From a virus (Duplodnaviria; Caudoviricetes), in the IMG/VR virus record IMGVR_UViG_3300048995_000012, positions 1 through 52,526 of that record: a stretch of 52,526 nt of DNA. One strand, 5' to 3'. This document shows, one piece after another, positions 17,244 to 26,372 of the stretch. The position numbers were made by a program, and so were the translations under genes. Position 1 is the first letter of the stretch; each line of letters starts with the position of its first letter. The notes below the pieces were generated by a model. It saw only the letters and a list, made by a program, of their open reading frames with translations, searched no databases and was not told the DNA's origin.

Positions 17244-17600
17244 ATGACGAACGACCTGCCGCCGATGCCCAACACCCCGCCGCCTGCGCCGAAGCCGGCC
17301 GGGAAGAGACGCCGCAACCTGATCGTGGCCGCCGCTGCTGTCGTCGCCGCACTCGCCATCGCCGGGACCGTCGTGTGGCTGAACGCCACCTCATATGACG
17401 ACACCGTCGCAGCCTGCAAGAAGGCCTTGACCGCACAGATGAAGGCGGGCGGGGAGGGCAAGCCGTCCGCGTGCAAGGACGTCAAGCAGGACGACTACGA
17501 CGCCCTGGTGGTGGCCAACGTGATCGACGGCATGTCGAAGAAGGACCGGGACATGCTCGACTACTACGACAACGGCACGATCGACGGCAGTATCGGCTAG
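17244..17600 (+). CDS. Membrane-anchored exported protein
   Basis: Pro-rich N-terminus, KRRR, one TM, Cys pair. Confidence 0.75.
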   Translation: MTNDLPPMPNTPPPAPKPAGKRRRNLIVAAAAVVAALAIAGTVVWLNATSYDDTVAACKKALTAQMKAGGEGKPSACKDVKQDDYDALVVANVIDGMSKKDRDMLDYYDNGTIDGSIG

Positions 17601-17612
17601 CCAAGACGCAGC

Positions 17613-17647
17613 GAGGCCCCGCTCCCGAGTGTCGGGACGGGGCCTTC
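17613..17647. terminator. Bidirectional terminator hairpin
   Basis: GAGGCCCCG-CTCCCGA/TCGGGA-CGGGGCCTT between convergent genes. Confidence 0.7.
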
Positions 17648-17660
17648 GTCATGCAGTGGG

Positions 17661-18134
17661 CTACGTGGGAATCGCGATGAACTCGCAGTTCGTCCAACGG
17701 CACACGTCCTCGGCGGCCGGGCCGTACTGCACGTACCACGCATGATCGTGAAGGCGGTCCTCGTCCGCAGTGAAGTCGGGCTCTTCGGCGAGCGCGGCGG
17801 CCCACTCCTCGTCCGTCGAAGCCCATTCGTCGCGGTGAGCGATCAGGATGCCGAAGCCCTTGATCTGGCCGTCAGGATTGCTTCTGCGGAACGGGACGCC
17901 TAGCTCCATCACGAGGTCGCCAGGCTGCGGGTCGCGCATCCGCGCGTACATGTCGGCGACGATGGGCGCGGGGTTGCCGACGAGGCACGCTGAGTGGAGC
18001 GCGCGCGCGGTGCCGATCATCATGAGGCGTCGGGTGATGGCCTTGTCGTCGAGGCCAAGCAGGTCATCCTCGGTGCGTGCCGTGCCGGTGATGCCTTCAC
18101 GGGGTTGCGGGTAGTGGGTGGTCGTGTCGCTCAT
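17661..18134 (-). CDS. Hypothetical moron protein
   Basis: GAGGAG RBS before MSDTTTHYP; opposite strand to neighbours. Confidence 0.7.
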   Translation of the reverse strand: MSDTTTHYPQPREGITGTARTEDDLLGLDDKAITRRLMMIGTARALHSACLVGNPAPIVADMYARMRDPQPGDLVMELGVPFRRSNPDGQIKGFGILIAHRDEWASTDEEWAAALAEEPDFTADEDRLHDHAWYVQYGPAAEDVCRWTNCEFIAIPT

Positions 18135-18204
18135 GTGGTCGGCTCCTCGCTGCTTGCCGGATGCTCCGATTCTCCACCACCGAGGGCGGGGCCTTCGTCG
18201 TAGC

Positions 18205-18300
18205 TTGACCGGGCCGATCACCGTATGTCACAGTGCCCCCAGGGCAGCACACGTGTGCCCGCAAGCCTCTAGGCCCCCAGCCACTGCCGGGGGCCTTTTG
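18205..18300 (+). promoter_or_regulatory. Putative late promoter followed by terminator hairpin
   Basis: TTGACC-N18-CACAGT (18205-18234); AGGCCCCC/GGGGGCCTTTT (18271-18299). Confidence 0.45.
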
Positions 18301-18318
18301 CATGCCGCGGGAGGTTCG

Positions 18319-18564
18319 ATGCACCCGGCCGAGCTGTACCCGCGAGACCTCGTCTTCGAGCACGAAGCGACCGAAGCGACCGGCGTTCCCGGCCCCGTCA
18401 TCCGACAGTGGGCCCGGCGCGGAAAGATCCGCCGCTTCCAAGGCAGGCCCGACGAATACTCGGGCAAGGGGCACGAGTACAAGACCATGTACGCCCTGCC
18501 CGAGATACAGGCCTGCGCCACCACCTACCGGCCCATGCCGCAACGGGCGCCCAAGGCCGCCTGA
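18319..18564 (+). CDS. MerR-like HTH DNA-binding protein
   Basis: EATEATGVPGPVIRQWARRGKI...YALPEI. Confidence 0.75.
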   Translation: MHPAELYPRDLVFEHEATEATGVPGPVIRQWARRGKIRRFQGRPDEYSGKGHEYKTMYALPEIQACATTYRPMPQRAPKAA

Positions 18565-18651
18565 ACTCGGGGCGGTCCGCTCATGCCGCCCCGACCCGCC
18601 GTCCGCAACGCCCCCGTCGCGGACGGCGGGGCTTGAACCCCGGAGGTAGCC

Positions 18652-18801
18652 ATGCTGGAAGTGTTCGCCTACACGGTCGGCTTCGTGCTCCTCGCACTGG
18701 CAGCCCTGCTCCCGTCATCCGTGCCGTACCGCGACCGCATGGCCTACGCGGGGCTTGCCCTCTGGCTGCTGCCCACCACAGTGCACGCACTGCAGAGGTA
18801 G
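18652..18801 (+). CDS. 49-aa two-TM membrane peptide
   Basis: GGAGG RBS; MLEVFAYTVGFVLLALAALL...; not in ORF track. Confidence 0.6.
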   Translation: MLEVFAYTVGFVLLALAALLPSSVPYRDRMAYAGLALWLLPTTVHALQR

Positions 18802-18803
18802 CT

Positions 18804-19001
18804 GTGGCCTCCCGCTACGAGGCTCCAGACGACGACCTGGACGACCCGCCAGTGCAGTGCTGGCACACGGAGCCCAACACGACCTGCGACTGGGACATCT
18901 GCCGCCAGCCTGAACGCCTTGCCGTTGGCGACTACGGCACCGACCCCGCAGAAGGTGACGGAGGTACGGCATGCGACGCGCTCTCATCACTGCAGGCCTG
19001 A
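18804..19001 (+). CDS. Small acidic Cys-containing protein
   Basis: GAGG RBS plus GTG; QCWHTEP..TCDWDICRQPE. Confidence 0.55.
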   Translation: MASRYEAPDDDLDDPPVQCWHTEPNTTCDWDICRQPERLAVGDYGTDPAEGDGGTACDALSSLQA

Positions 19002-19201
19002 CTGTGGGCCTGCTGCTGGGTAGTGCAGGGTGCACCAAGGACTGCCCTGCACCGGCACCCAGCACCCCCACTAGGACCCCCAGCACAGCACCACCCTCTA
19101 CCAGCAGGCCTCCCACAGTGGCCCCCACTAGCCCTGCCCCTACCCCTACGGCACAGCCCACAGTGGAGCCCAGCAGTACACCCACCACACCTGACACGTA
19201 G
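18971..19201 (+). CDS. Pro/Thr-rich putative lipoprotein
   Basis: GGAGG RBS; signal peptide with lipobox-like LGSAGC. Confidence 0.6.
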   Translation: MRRALITAGLTVGLLLGSAGCTKDCPAPAPSTPTRTPSTAPPSTSRPPTVAPTSPAPTPTAQPTVEPSSTPTTPDT

Positions 19202-19239
19202 CCCTGTGGGTACGCACCACGTAGCCCATGGAGGTAGCC

Positions 19240-19530
19240 ATGGCCTACAGCAAGGGACGTGCAGGCACAGCATGGAACAAGCTCAGAGCCTTGGTCTTCG
19301 CCGAAGAGACGCACTGTTGGATCTGCGGCAAGTGGGTTGATCAGGAGTTGCCGCGCACGCACCCCATGAGCCGCACCGTCGACCACATCGTGCAGCTGTC
19401 GCATGGCGGTCCACCGCTGGACCGGGCGAACTGCCGGCTGGCGCACCGCAGGTGCAACGGCAGGAGGGCCATCAGGCCGGGCGTGAGGCGACCGCGGAGG
19501 TGGGTGAGGGTGGATGCGAGGGCTCTGTGA
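19240..19530 (+). CDS. HNH endonuclease (terminase-associated)
   Basis: CWICG...VDHI..LSHGG...N..LAHRRCN; just upstream of terS. Confidence 0.92.
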   Translation: MAYSKGRAGTAWNKLRALVFAEETHCWICGKWVDQELPRTHPMSRTVDHIVQLSHGGPPLDRANCRLAHRRCNGRRAIRPGVRRPRRWVRVDARAL

Positions 19531-19677
19531 GCGTGATCATGCCTCTGACCTGCGGAAACGTGCTGGTGTGGATCAAGATCGTTTTTTTATGTTGATCTTG
19601 CTTTGACCCCGCACACCCCTGAAAAAAATATCCCCCCGTAAAAACGTCAGGGCTCGATGATCATGGGGTGGTGGGGA
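19531..19677. other. Putative cos/packaging region
   Basis: Non-coding gap between HNH and terS with T7 and A7 tracts and CAAGATC/GATCTTG inverted repeat; plus strand turns from C-rich to G-rich nearby. Confidence 0.55.
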
Positions 19678-20067
19678 ATGGGTTCAGATTTCCCGCCTGG
19701 TCTCGGTTCCCGCGGCTCTCGCCTCTGGCGGGACGTGACGGCTTCGTGGTCTCTGACTCCAGCGCACTCGGTGCTATTGGAGGAGGCTTGCCGTATCACT
19801 GACCGGCTCGATGTGCTCAACTCCATACTCCTGCGGGCTTCTTCGCAGGTCAAGGGGGATGACGAAGAGTCTTCGGGTGAATCCGCCGATTTCTCGGGGG
19901 TATTGGCGGAGTCGCGGCAGCAGGCGACTGCTCTTCGCGGCCTTATCGCCGAAATTCGGCAGGGTCAGAGGAATGCGGCGCCGGCCGTGGTGCCGAAGGT
20001 GGGGGGTAAGGGTGTCTCGGACCTCTCGGCGCGTATCGCTGAAAGGCGCAAGCAGGCCGAGGGTTGA
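19678..20067 (+). CDS. terS: Terminase small subunit
   Basis: PPGLG.RG.RLWR...LLEEACRITDRLD.L...E.RQQ..ALR.L. Confidence 0.88.
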   Translation: MGSDFPPGLGSRGSRLWRDVTASWSLTPAHSVLLEEACRITDRLDVLNSILLRASSQVKGDDEESSGESADFSGVLAESRQQATALRGLIAEIRQGQRNAAPAVVPKVGGKGVSDLSARIAERRKQAEG

Positions 20068-21544
20068 GCTGGCGCCGCCCTACGAGTACACGCTTGGCCC
20101 TGAGGCGTGCGAGCTGGCGAAGCGGGCGGGCCTGGTGGCGGATCCGTGGCAGGCGGATGCGGTCAATCTGATGCTGGCGTGCCGTGATGACGGCAAGTGG
20201 GCGTGCTACGAGTACGGCGAGATCGTGGCCCGGCAGAACGGCAAGGGTTCGATCCTGGAGATCCGAGCGCTGGCTGGGTTTCTGCTGCTGGGCGAGCAGC
20301 TGATCATGTGGTCGGCGCACGAGTACAAGACCAGCATGGAGGCGTATCGGCGGTGCCGGACGCTTCTGCGGCGGCTCGGCAAGCAGGTCAATCCGAACAA
20401 TGAGAACTTGTGGGACGTTGACGGCGTTCTCGTCAAGTTCGTCAATACGAACGGTGAAGAGGGCTTCGAGCGGCTCGACACTGAGGCCCGCATCAAGTTC
20501 GTGGCCCGGTCGAAGGGTTCGGGCCGTGGCTTCTCTGGCGACCTCGTCATCATCGACGAGTCGTTCGCGTTCACGGCGGAGCAGCAGGACGCTTTGATGC
20601 CTGCGATGGCGGCCCGCCCGAATGCGCAGATCATCTATACGTCGTCGCCGCCGTTGAATGGCGAGTCCGGCGAGGTCATGTTCAATCTGAAGCGCCGGGC
20701 GGATGCTGGCGGCGACGACAGTCTGGGCTGGCGGGACTGGGGTATCGCAGGCGACCTGGACCATCTCGACGACGTCGACTTGGATGACCGCCGTTTGTGG
20801 GCGGCGTCGAATCCGGCGCTGGGGATGCGGCTGACGGAGGAGACGATCCTGCGGGAGCGCCGTTCCATGGGGAATGCGGGCTTTGCGCGTGAGCGGCTGT
20901 GTATCTGGCCGAAGATCTCGCAGGGCAACACGGTTGTGGACCCGGCGGTGTGGGCGCGGCTGATGGATGGCGGGTCGCAGCGTGACCGCGATGGCGGTGT
21001 GGCGCTCGGCATCGACATTGCGCCGCTGCGGGACTACGCGGCGGTGTGCGTGTACGGGCTGCGCGAGGACGGGCTCGGCCATGTGCAGTTGGCGGACTAC
21101 CGGCCGGGCACGAAGTGGCTGATCCCCAGGCTGGTGGAGTTGCGGGACGCGCTCGATCCGGTGTCCGTGGCGATGGGCCGCGGCACGTTCGCGTTCCTGG
21201 AGACCGCCCTGGACAAGGCCGGGTTCCAGCGGCCGGAGGATCTGGAAGCCCCGGCGTCGGGTGATCTGGCGGTGACGAACGCGGTCGATATGGCTGCGGC
21301 GGCGGGCCAGTTGCTGGAGGCGGTGCGCGAGGAGTCGTTCCGAGTCGTCCCGAACCGGCACCTCGATGTGTCGGTCGCCTCGGCGAAGACGCGGCAGACG
21401 GGCGAGACGATCGCGTGGACGACGAAGGGCGTGGAGGGCGACATCAGCCCCCTGGTGGCGATGACGCTGGCCCGCTGGAGCTTCGTGACCCGCTCGCATC
21501 TGCTGGCGGGGTCCGAGTACGACGTTCTGCAATCGATCTTCTAG
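20012..21544 (+). CDS. terL: Terminase large subunit
   Basis: VARQNGKG Walker A, RGFSGDLVIIDE Walker B, SNPALG, LGIDI, DISPLVA. Confidence 0.95.
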   Translation: MSRTSRRVSLKGASRPRVELAPPYEYTLGPEACELAKRAGLVADPWQADAVNLMLACRDDGKWACYEYGEIVARQNGKGSILEIRALAGFLLLGEQLIMWSAHEYKTSMEAYRRCRTLLRRLGKQVNPNNENLWDVDGVLVKFVNTNGEEGFERLDTEARIKFVARSKGSGRGFSGDLVIIDESFAFTAEQQDALMPAMAARPNAQIIYTSSPPLNGESGEVMFNLKRRADAGGDDSLGWRDWGIAGDLDHLDDVDLDDRRLWAASNPALGMRLTEETILRERRSMGNAGFARERLCIWPKISQGNTVVDPAVWARLMDGGSQRDRDGGVALGIDIAPLRDYAAVCVYGLREDGLGHVQLADYRPGTKWLIPRLVELRDALDPVSVAMGRGTFAFLETALDKAGFQRPEDLEAPASGDLAVTNAVDMAAAAGQLLEAVREESFRVVPNRHLDVSVASAKTRQTGETIAWTTKGVEGDISPLVAMTLARWSFVTRSHLLAGSEYDVLQSIF

Positions 21545-21552
21545 GGAGCGGC

Positions 21553-22977
21553 ATGGCATTCAGGCGGTGGTTCCGCCGCGCTCCTGCGCGGACGGTGGAG
21601 GGCGAGGCCGGCCCGGTCCTGGTGGGCGATACATGGATGGATGCGCGTGGTCGGTCGAGTGTGGGCTGGCTGTCGGTGGCTGGTGCGACGTGGCGTCGGC
21701 GGCTGGGCGGGTTCGCGGGCGGTGTGCGGCGCGCGGGCGGCTGGCTGGTCGGCGTGGAGGTGCGGTCGACTGAGCAGCGTTCGATCACGTCGGTGCCTTG
21801 GGGGCAGGGCGGGGCGTCTGGCACGTCATCGCTGAGTGTCGACCGGGCGCTGCGTCTGGCTCCCGTGTACGCGGCGGGCCGGCTGCTCGCCTCGAACCTG
21901 GCGGCTGCTCCACTACGGCAGTACCGGGAGGTCGGCGACGCGAAGCAGAAGCTTCCGCTGGCTTCACTGTTCGTGAATCCGTCGACGCAGGGCACGCTCA
22001 ACGACTGGGTGTGGCGGGCCGTTTCGTCGATGGTGTACCGCGGCAATGCGGTCGGCTACATCACCGCGCGGGACTACTACGAGTTCCCGACGCAGATCGA
22101 GTGGATCAACCCCGACTGGGTGTCGGTTCAGGACCGGCTGCCGTCGGGCCCGGGTTCGTTCACGAATCCGATCTGGCGGGTGCTCGGCAATCCGGTGCCC
22201 GCTCAAGACCTGGTGCACATTCCGTGGTTCACGCTCCCTGGGCGGGTGTGGGGCTTGTCGCCGCTGGGCGCGTTCGCCTCAACGGTGCGCACAGGGCTGG
22301 CCGCGCAGGAGTACACGCAGGCCTGGTTCGAGAACGGCGGAGTGCCGCCGGGCACCTTCAAGAACACGGCGATGACCGTGGACCAGGGCGACGCCGCGGT
22401 TATCAAGCAGCGCCTGGTGGAGGCCATCCGGACGCGGCAGCCGATCGTGTACGGCAAGGACTGGGACTTCAACGCGATCACGGTCCCCGCGCACGAGGCG
22501 AAGTTCGTTGAGACGATGCGGCTTACGGCCAGCCAGATCGCCGCGATCTACGGCGTTCCGGCGGAGATGATCGGCGGCGAGACCGGCGGCAGCATGTCGT
22601 ACAGCTCCCCGGAGCAGCGCGAGATCGAGCTGGTGCAGTTCTCGCTGCTGCCGTGGATGAGCAAGCTCGAATCGCATCTGTCGGCGCTGCTGCCGCGCGG
22701 CCAGTGCGTCAAGTTCGATGCTGACAGCCTGATTCGGGTGGATGCCCTGACCAGGTGGGGAATGTGGGAGCGAGCCCGCCTGATCGGCGCGATGAACGTC
22801 GACGAGATCCGCAGCCGCGAAGACATGCCGCCGCTGTCGGACGGACTTGGGCAGGACTACACACCGCTTCCGATCCTGGCTGGCACGTCGATCACCCCGC
22901 CTGCGATCCGCGGCCACCACGATCAGGACCAGGACCGGCTGAGGCTGGTCCGCAGGGAAGGCAGCGGAAATGGCTGA
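21553..22977 (+). CDS. HK97-type portal protein
   Basis: YRGNAVG, WFENGGVPPG, IAAIYGVP, MNVDEIRSREDMPP. Confidence 0.95.
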   Translation: MAFRRWFRRAPARTVEGEAGPVLVGDTWMDARGRSSVGWLSVAGATWRRRLGGFAGGVRRAGGWLVGVEVRSTEQRSITSVPWGQGGASGTSSLSVDRALRLAPVYAAGRLLASNLAAAPLRQYREVGDAKQKLPLASLFVNPSTQGTLNDWVWRAVSSMVYRGNAVGYITARDYYEFPTQIEWINPDWVSVQDRLPSGPGSFTNPIWRVLGNPVPAQDLVHIPWFTLPGRVWGLSPLGAFASTVRTGLAAQEYTQAWFENGGVPPGTFKNTAMTVDQGDAAVIKQRLVEAIRTRQPIVYGKDWDFNAITVPAHEAKFVETMRLTASQIAAIYGVPAEMIGGETGGSMSYSSPEQREIELVQFSLLPWMSKLESHLSALLPRGQCVKFDADSLIRVDALTRWGMWERARLIGAMNVDEIRSREDMPPLSDGLGQDYTPLPILAGTSITPPAIRGHHDQDQDRLRLVRREGSGNG

Positions 22978-23692
22978 CCAGCGCACCATCACCTCACCGA
23001 GCGCCGTTGGAGGCACCGTGGAGATCGAACGCCGGTACACCTCCGGCGACACAGGCAAGGCCGAATTGCGCGCCGACGGCGAGAAGCGCCGCATCGGCGG
23101 GTACGCGGCGGTGTTCAACCGGCAGTCCCGCAACCTGGGCGGCTTCGTCGAGGTCGTCGACACGGTGGCCTTCAACCAGGCCCGCGGTGACGGCTGGCCG
23201 GACGTGCTCGCCCGCTACAACCACGACGACAACCAGCTCCTCGGCACGACAGCCGCCGGGACGCTCAGGATGGGCCTGGACAGCTACGGGCTGTCCTACG
23301 AGGTTGATCCGCCGTCGTCGATGGCCCATGTGACGGAGCTGGTGCAGCGCGGCGACGTCCGTAAGAGCTCGTTCGCGTTCCGCACGGTGAGCGACGACTG
23401 GGCGACGACGGAGCAGGGCTATCCGTTGCGCCGCCTGACGGGCGTACAGCTCGTCGACGTCGCCCCGGTGAACGTGCCCGCTTACCCGGACAGCACGGCG
23501 GGCCTTCGTTCGCTGGCGAGCAAGTTCGAGGCGGACTTCGAGGAGGTCCGGTCGATGGCGCGGGAGGACGAGCTGCGGAAGTTCTTCGTCCGTACCGATG
23601 GGCCGCAGCCCAAGAAGCCTGCCCGTAAGGGCATGTTCGGACCGGCCGCCGCCGCGGCGCTGCTGGCCCGCAGGGAAGACCCCTACATCTGA
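22970..23692 (+). CDS. HK97-type prohead protease
   Basis: GYAAVFN..S..LGGFVE, YNHD, SSFAF, LVDVAPV..PAYPD. Confidence 0.95.
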   Translation: MADQRTITSPSAVGGTVEIERRYTSGDTGKAELRADGEKRRIGGYAAVFNRQSRNLGGFVEVVDTVAFNQARGDGWPDVLARYNHDDNQLLGTTAAGTLRMGLDSYGLSYEVDPPSSMAHVTELVQRGDVRKSSFAFRTVSDDWATTEQGYPLRRLTGVQLVDVAPVNVPAYPDSTAGLRSLASKFEADFEEVRSMAREDELRKFFVRTDGPQPKKPARKGMFGPAAAAALLARREDPYI

Positions 23693-23967
23693 GGCCTCGG
23701 CCTCCAGCAATGCAAGACCCCCGCCATGCGGGGGCGGTACGCCGTCCTTGGACCGCGTAGCCGTACTGCCACGGCGTCGACTTGGGCTCTCCCGGTCGGT
23801 GTCCGCTCTGGGTGCGGTGAAGCACACAACGGGCCAGCGTGCGACACGAGGAAGTGATCAGCGGACCGCCGGTTGCGCAAAGGCGCCGGCCACCGGCACC
23901 CCTTGGGGTGTGGGACCGCGAGGGCTCCGCGTTCGAGATCGATTTCGAGCGGACGAGGAGTCCATCC

Positions 23968-25233
23968 ATGTCGGACATGGTTCAGAGGCTGCGCGAGCGG
24001 CGCGCCAACGTGTGGGAGCAGATGAAGGGGCTCGCCGACAAGGCGGCCGATGAGAACAGGGCTTTCGAGCCCAGCGAGCAGGGCTCGTGGGATGCGATGA
24101 ACGACGAGCTGGACAAGCTCGACGAGCGCATCAAGTCGGCTCTGGACACCGAGCAGCGGGCGAAGGAGGCCGACGACGCTTTCGACCGTCTGCACGGTCA
24201 GGGCGGCGGCCAGCGTGGCGGCGCGGCTGGTGGCGGCCAGCTGGAGCGTCGGGGCGAGCAGGCGGGCGGGGAGGACCGTGGCGACGAGCTGCGTTCGTTC
24301 CTCCGCGGTGAGCGCGGCCGGTTCTACGACGTGCAGCCCGAGGGACGGACCGACTACCGGTCTCTCGTCAAGGGCACGGCGACGGCGGGCGGCAACACGG
24401 TCCCGACGTCGTTCTACGACCGGCTGATCGCGCACCTCATCGAGGTGTCCGCGATCATGCAGGCCGGGGCGACCGTCCTGAACACCAACTCGGGTGAGGT
24501 CATCCAGGTCCCGAAGACGACCGCGCACTCCAGCGCGTCCATCGTCACCGAGGGCAACGCGATCGGCGCGTCGGATCCGGCGTTCGGTCAGGTTCCGCTC
24601 GGTGCCTACAAGTACGGCACGATGATTCAGGTCTCGCGCGAGCTCCTGGATGACACGGGCGTCGACCTGGAGGGCTACCTCGCCATGCAGGCGGGGCGGG
24701 CGCTGGGCAACGCGTTCGGCGCGCATGCCATGACCGGCTCGGGTACCTCGCAGCCGCGCGGTGTCATCACCGACGCCACGCTCGGCGTGACGGGCGGCAC
24801 CGGCGTGACGGGCGCGTTCTCCGGCGACAACCTGATCGACCTGTTCTTCTCTGTGATCGCCCCGTACCGGGCGTCGGCCTCCTGTCGCTGGATCATGAAG
24901 GACTCGACGGTCGCGAACGCCCGCAAGCTGAAGGACACGACTGGCCAGTACATCTGGCAGCCGGGTCTGCAGGCGGGTTCGCCGGACATGATCCTCGGCA
25001 AGCCGGTTCTGACCGACCCGAACGTGCCCGCGACTGCCCTGTCGGCGAAGTCGCTGGTGTTCGGTGACTTCAGTCAGTTCTTCGTTCGCTTCGCGGGCGG
25101 CGTGCGCTTCGAGCGGTCTGACGACTACGCGTTCAACACGGACCTGGTCACCTTCCGGGCCCTGCTGCGCGCCGACTGCTCCCTCGTGGATTTGACCGGC
25201 GCGATCAAATATTTCGCTGGGAATGCGGCCTAG
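23968..25233 (+). CDS. HK97-fold major capsid protein with delta domain
   Basis: Coiled-coil N-terminus; GGNTVPT, VSRELLDD, YIWQP, VFGDFSQF. Confidence 0.95.
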   Translation: MSDMVQRLRERRANVWEQMKGLADKAADENRAFEPSEQGSWDAMNDELDKLDERIKSALDTEQRAKEADDAFDRLHGQGGGQRGGAAGGGQLERRGEQAGGEDRGDELRSFLRGERGRFYDVQPEGRTDYRSLVKGTATAGGNTVPTSFYDRLIAHLIEVSAIMQAGATVLNTNSGEVIQVPKTTAHSSASIVTEGNAIGASDPAFGQVPLGAYKYGTMIQVSRELLDDTGVDLEGYLAMQAGRALGNAFGAHAMTGSGTSQPRGVITDATLGVTGGTGVTGAFSGDNLIDLFFSVIAPYRASASCRWIMKDSTVANARKLKDTTGQYIWQPGLQAGSPDMILGKPVLTDPNVPATALSAKSLVFGDFSQFFVRFAGGVRFERSDDYAFNTDLVTFRALLRADCSLVDLTGAIKYFAGNAA

Positions 25234-25308
25234 GCCAGCATCCTTCTCCGGCCGGAGGGCGGCACGTGCCGCCCTCCGGCCACCCTGCGACACCACCAGG
25301 AGATCCTC

Positions 25309-25527
25309 ATGGCCAAGGGCCAGCAGACCCTCAGCAGCGACCTGTCGTGGGCCACCCGGTCCGCGCTCACCGACCTCACCAGCGCTGTCGGAACGCCCGC
25401 TGCCGGGACTGTCGACGTGACCGGCACTCCGACGCAGGCCACCGTCAACAACAACTTCGCGACGCTCGTGCAGCGCGTCAACGCCCTTGCGGCGGCCATG
25501 CGCGACGCCGGAATCATCGCCAGCTGA
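25309..25527 (+). CDS. Small head-fibre/decoration-like protein
   Basis: LVQRVNALAAAMRDAGIIA C-terminal motif. Confidence 0.65.
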   Translation: MAKGQQTLSSDLSWATRSALTDLTSAVGTPAAGTVDVTGTPTQATVNNNFATLVQRVNALAAAMRDAGIIAS

Positions 25528-25546
25528 GGAAGCGGGAGACAGATCG

Positions 25547-25852
25547 ATGCGTGTACGCATGACGGTCGACGTATCGGGTTCGCGGGACGGTCAGCCGTGG
25601 CCGAAGCGCGGCGAGACCCTCGACACCTCCGACATCGAGGGCGCGGCCCTGTGCGCCTCCGGGCTCGCCGATCCCGTCGCCAAGTCCGACGACGTCGAGA
25701 AGGCCGTTCCTGCCGACGACTCGGAGAACCGGGCGCTGACGACGGAGAACTCCGCCGCCGTGACGCCCGCCGCGGACGCGGAGAAGGCTCCGGTGCCAGC
25801 GAAGAAGACCGCGGCGAAGCGCACCGCGGCCAAGCCCGCCGAGGATAAGTAG
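25547..25852 (+). CDS. Head-associated hypothetical protein
   Basis: MRVRMTVDVSGSRDG.PWP; Ala/Lys-rich tail; follows capsid. Confidence 0.75.
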   Translation: MRVRMTVDVSGSRDGQPWPKRGETLDTSDIEGAALCASGLADPVAKSDDVEKAVPADDSENRALTTENSAAVTPAADAEKAPVPAKKTAAKRTAAKPAEDK

Positions 25853-25854
25853 CC

Positions 25855-25956
25855 ATGGAAGAGCACGTGTTCGTCGTCGCACTGGAGGCCTCCGGAGAGG
25901 TCACTCCCGCCCAGCCCGAGGGCGACGCAGCTGAGCCCGAGGAGGCCGAGCAATGA
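25855..25956 (+). CDS. 33-aa acidic peptide
   Basis: MEEHVFVVALEASGEVTPA..., ATGA-coupled to next gene. Confidence 0.45.
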   Translation: MEEHVFVVALEASGEVTPAQPEGDAAEPEEAEQ

Positions 25957-26360
25957 CCGCAGGACTCGCCTCCAGCCTCGTCTCCGGCTGGCTGAACACG
26001 CTCAGGCCCACCGGCAATGGTGGAGCCGCATACAGCGCGGTAGTCGGCACGTTCGTGCAACTGCACACCGGAGATCCTGGTGCGGCCGGCACGACCGCCG
26101 TGTCCGTCGGCTCCGCGACCCGCAACTCGTGTGTTCTCTCGTCCTCGTCGTCAGGGTCGGCGCTGTCGCTGGGTACGCCTCCGTCGGCGTGGACGAACGG
26201 CGGCACGTCGGAAACGCTCACCCACATCTCGGTTTGGACAGCCTCATCCGCCGGAACGCTCCTGTTCACCGTGGTGCTGACGCCTTCGAAAGCCTGGGCG
26301 TCGGCGGACACGTACACGCTCTCCACGCTTACGGCCGCCCTGACCCCGCAAGCCGCGTAG
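25953..26360 (+). CDS. Virion structural protein (neck/fibre-associated)
   Basis: VQLHTGDPG...ETLTHISVW motif. Confidence 0.75.
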   Translation: MTAGLASSLVSGWLNTLRPTGNGGAAYSAVVGTFVQLHTGDPGAAGTTAVSVGSATRNSCVLSSSSSGSALSLGTPPSAWTNGGTSETLTHISVWTASSAGTLLFTVVLTPSKAWASADTYTLSTLTAALTPQAA

Positions 26361-26372
26361 CAGGGAGGGTTC

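Noticed and set aside
7433-18200. Independent AICE or plasmid inserted into a prophage
   Set aside because: No integrase, Rep or flanking att repeats were found in the island; it cannot be fully excluded without comparative genomes.
19546-19560. TGACCTGC motif (also near 9300, 48674, 48740, 51268)
   Set aside because: A common intergenic motif in actinobacterial DNA; no specific role can be supported here.
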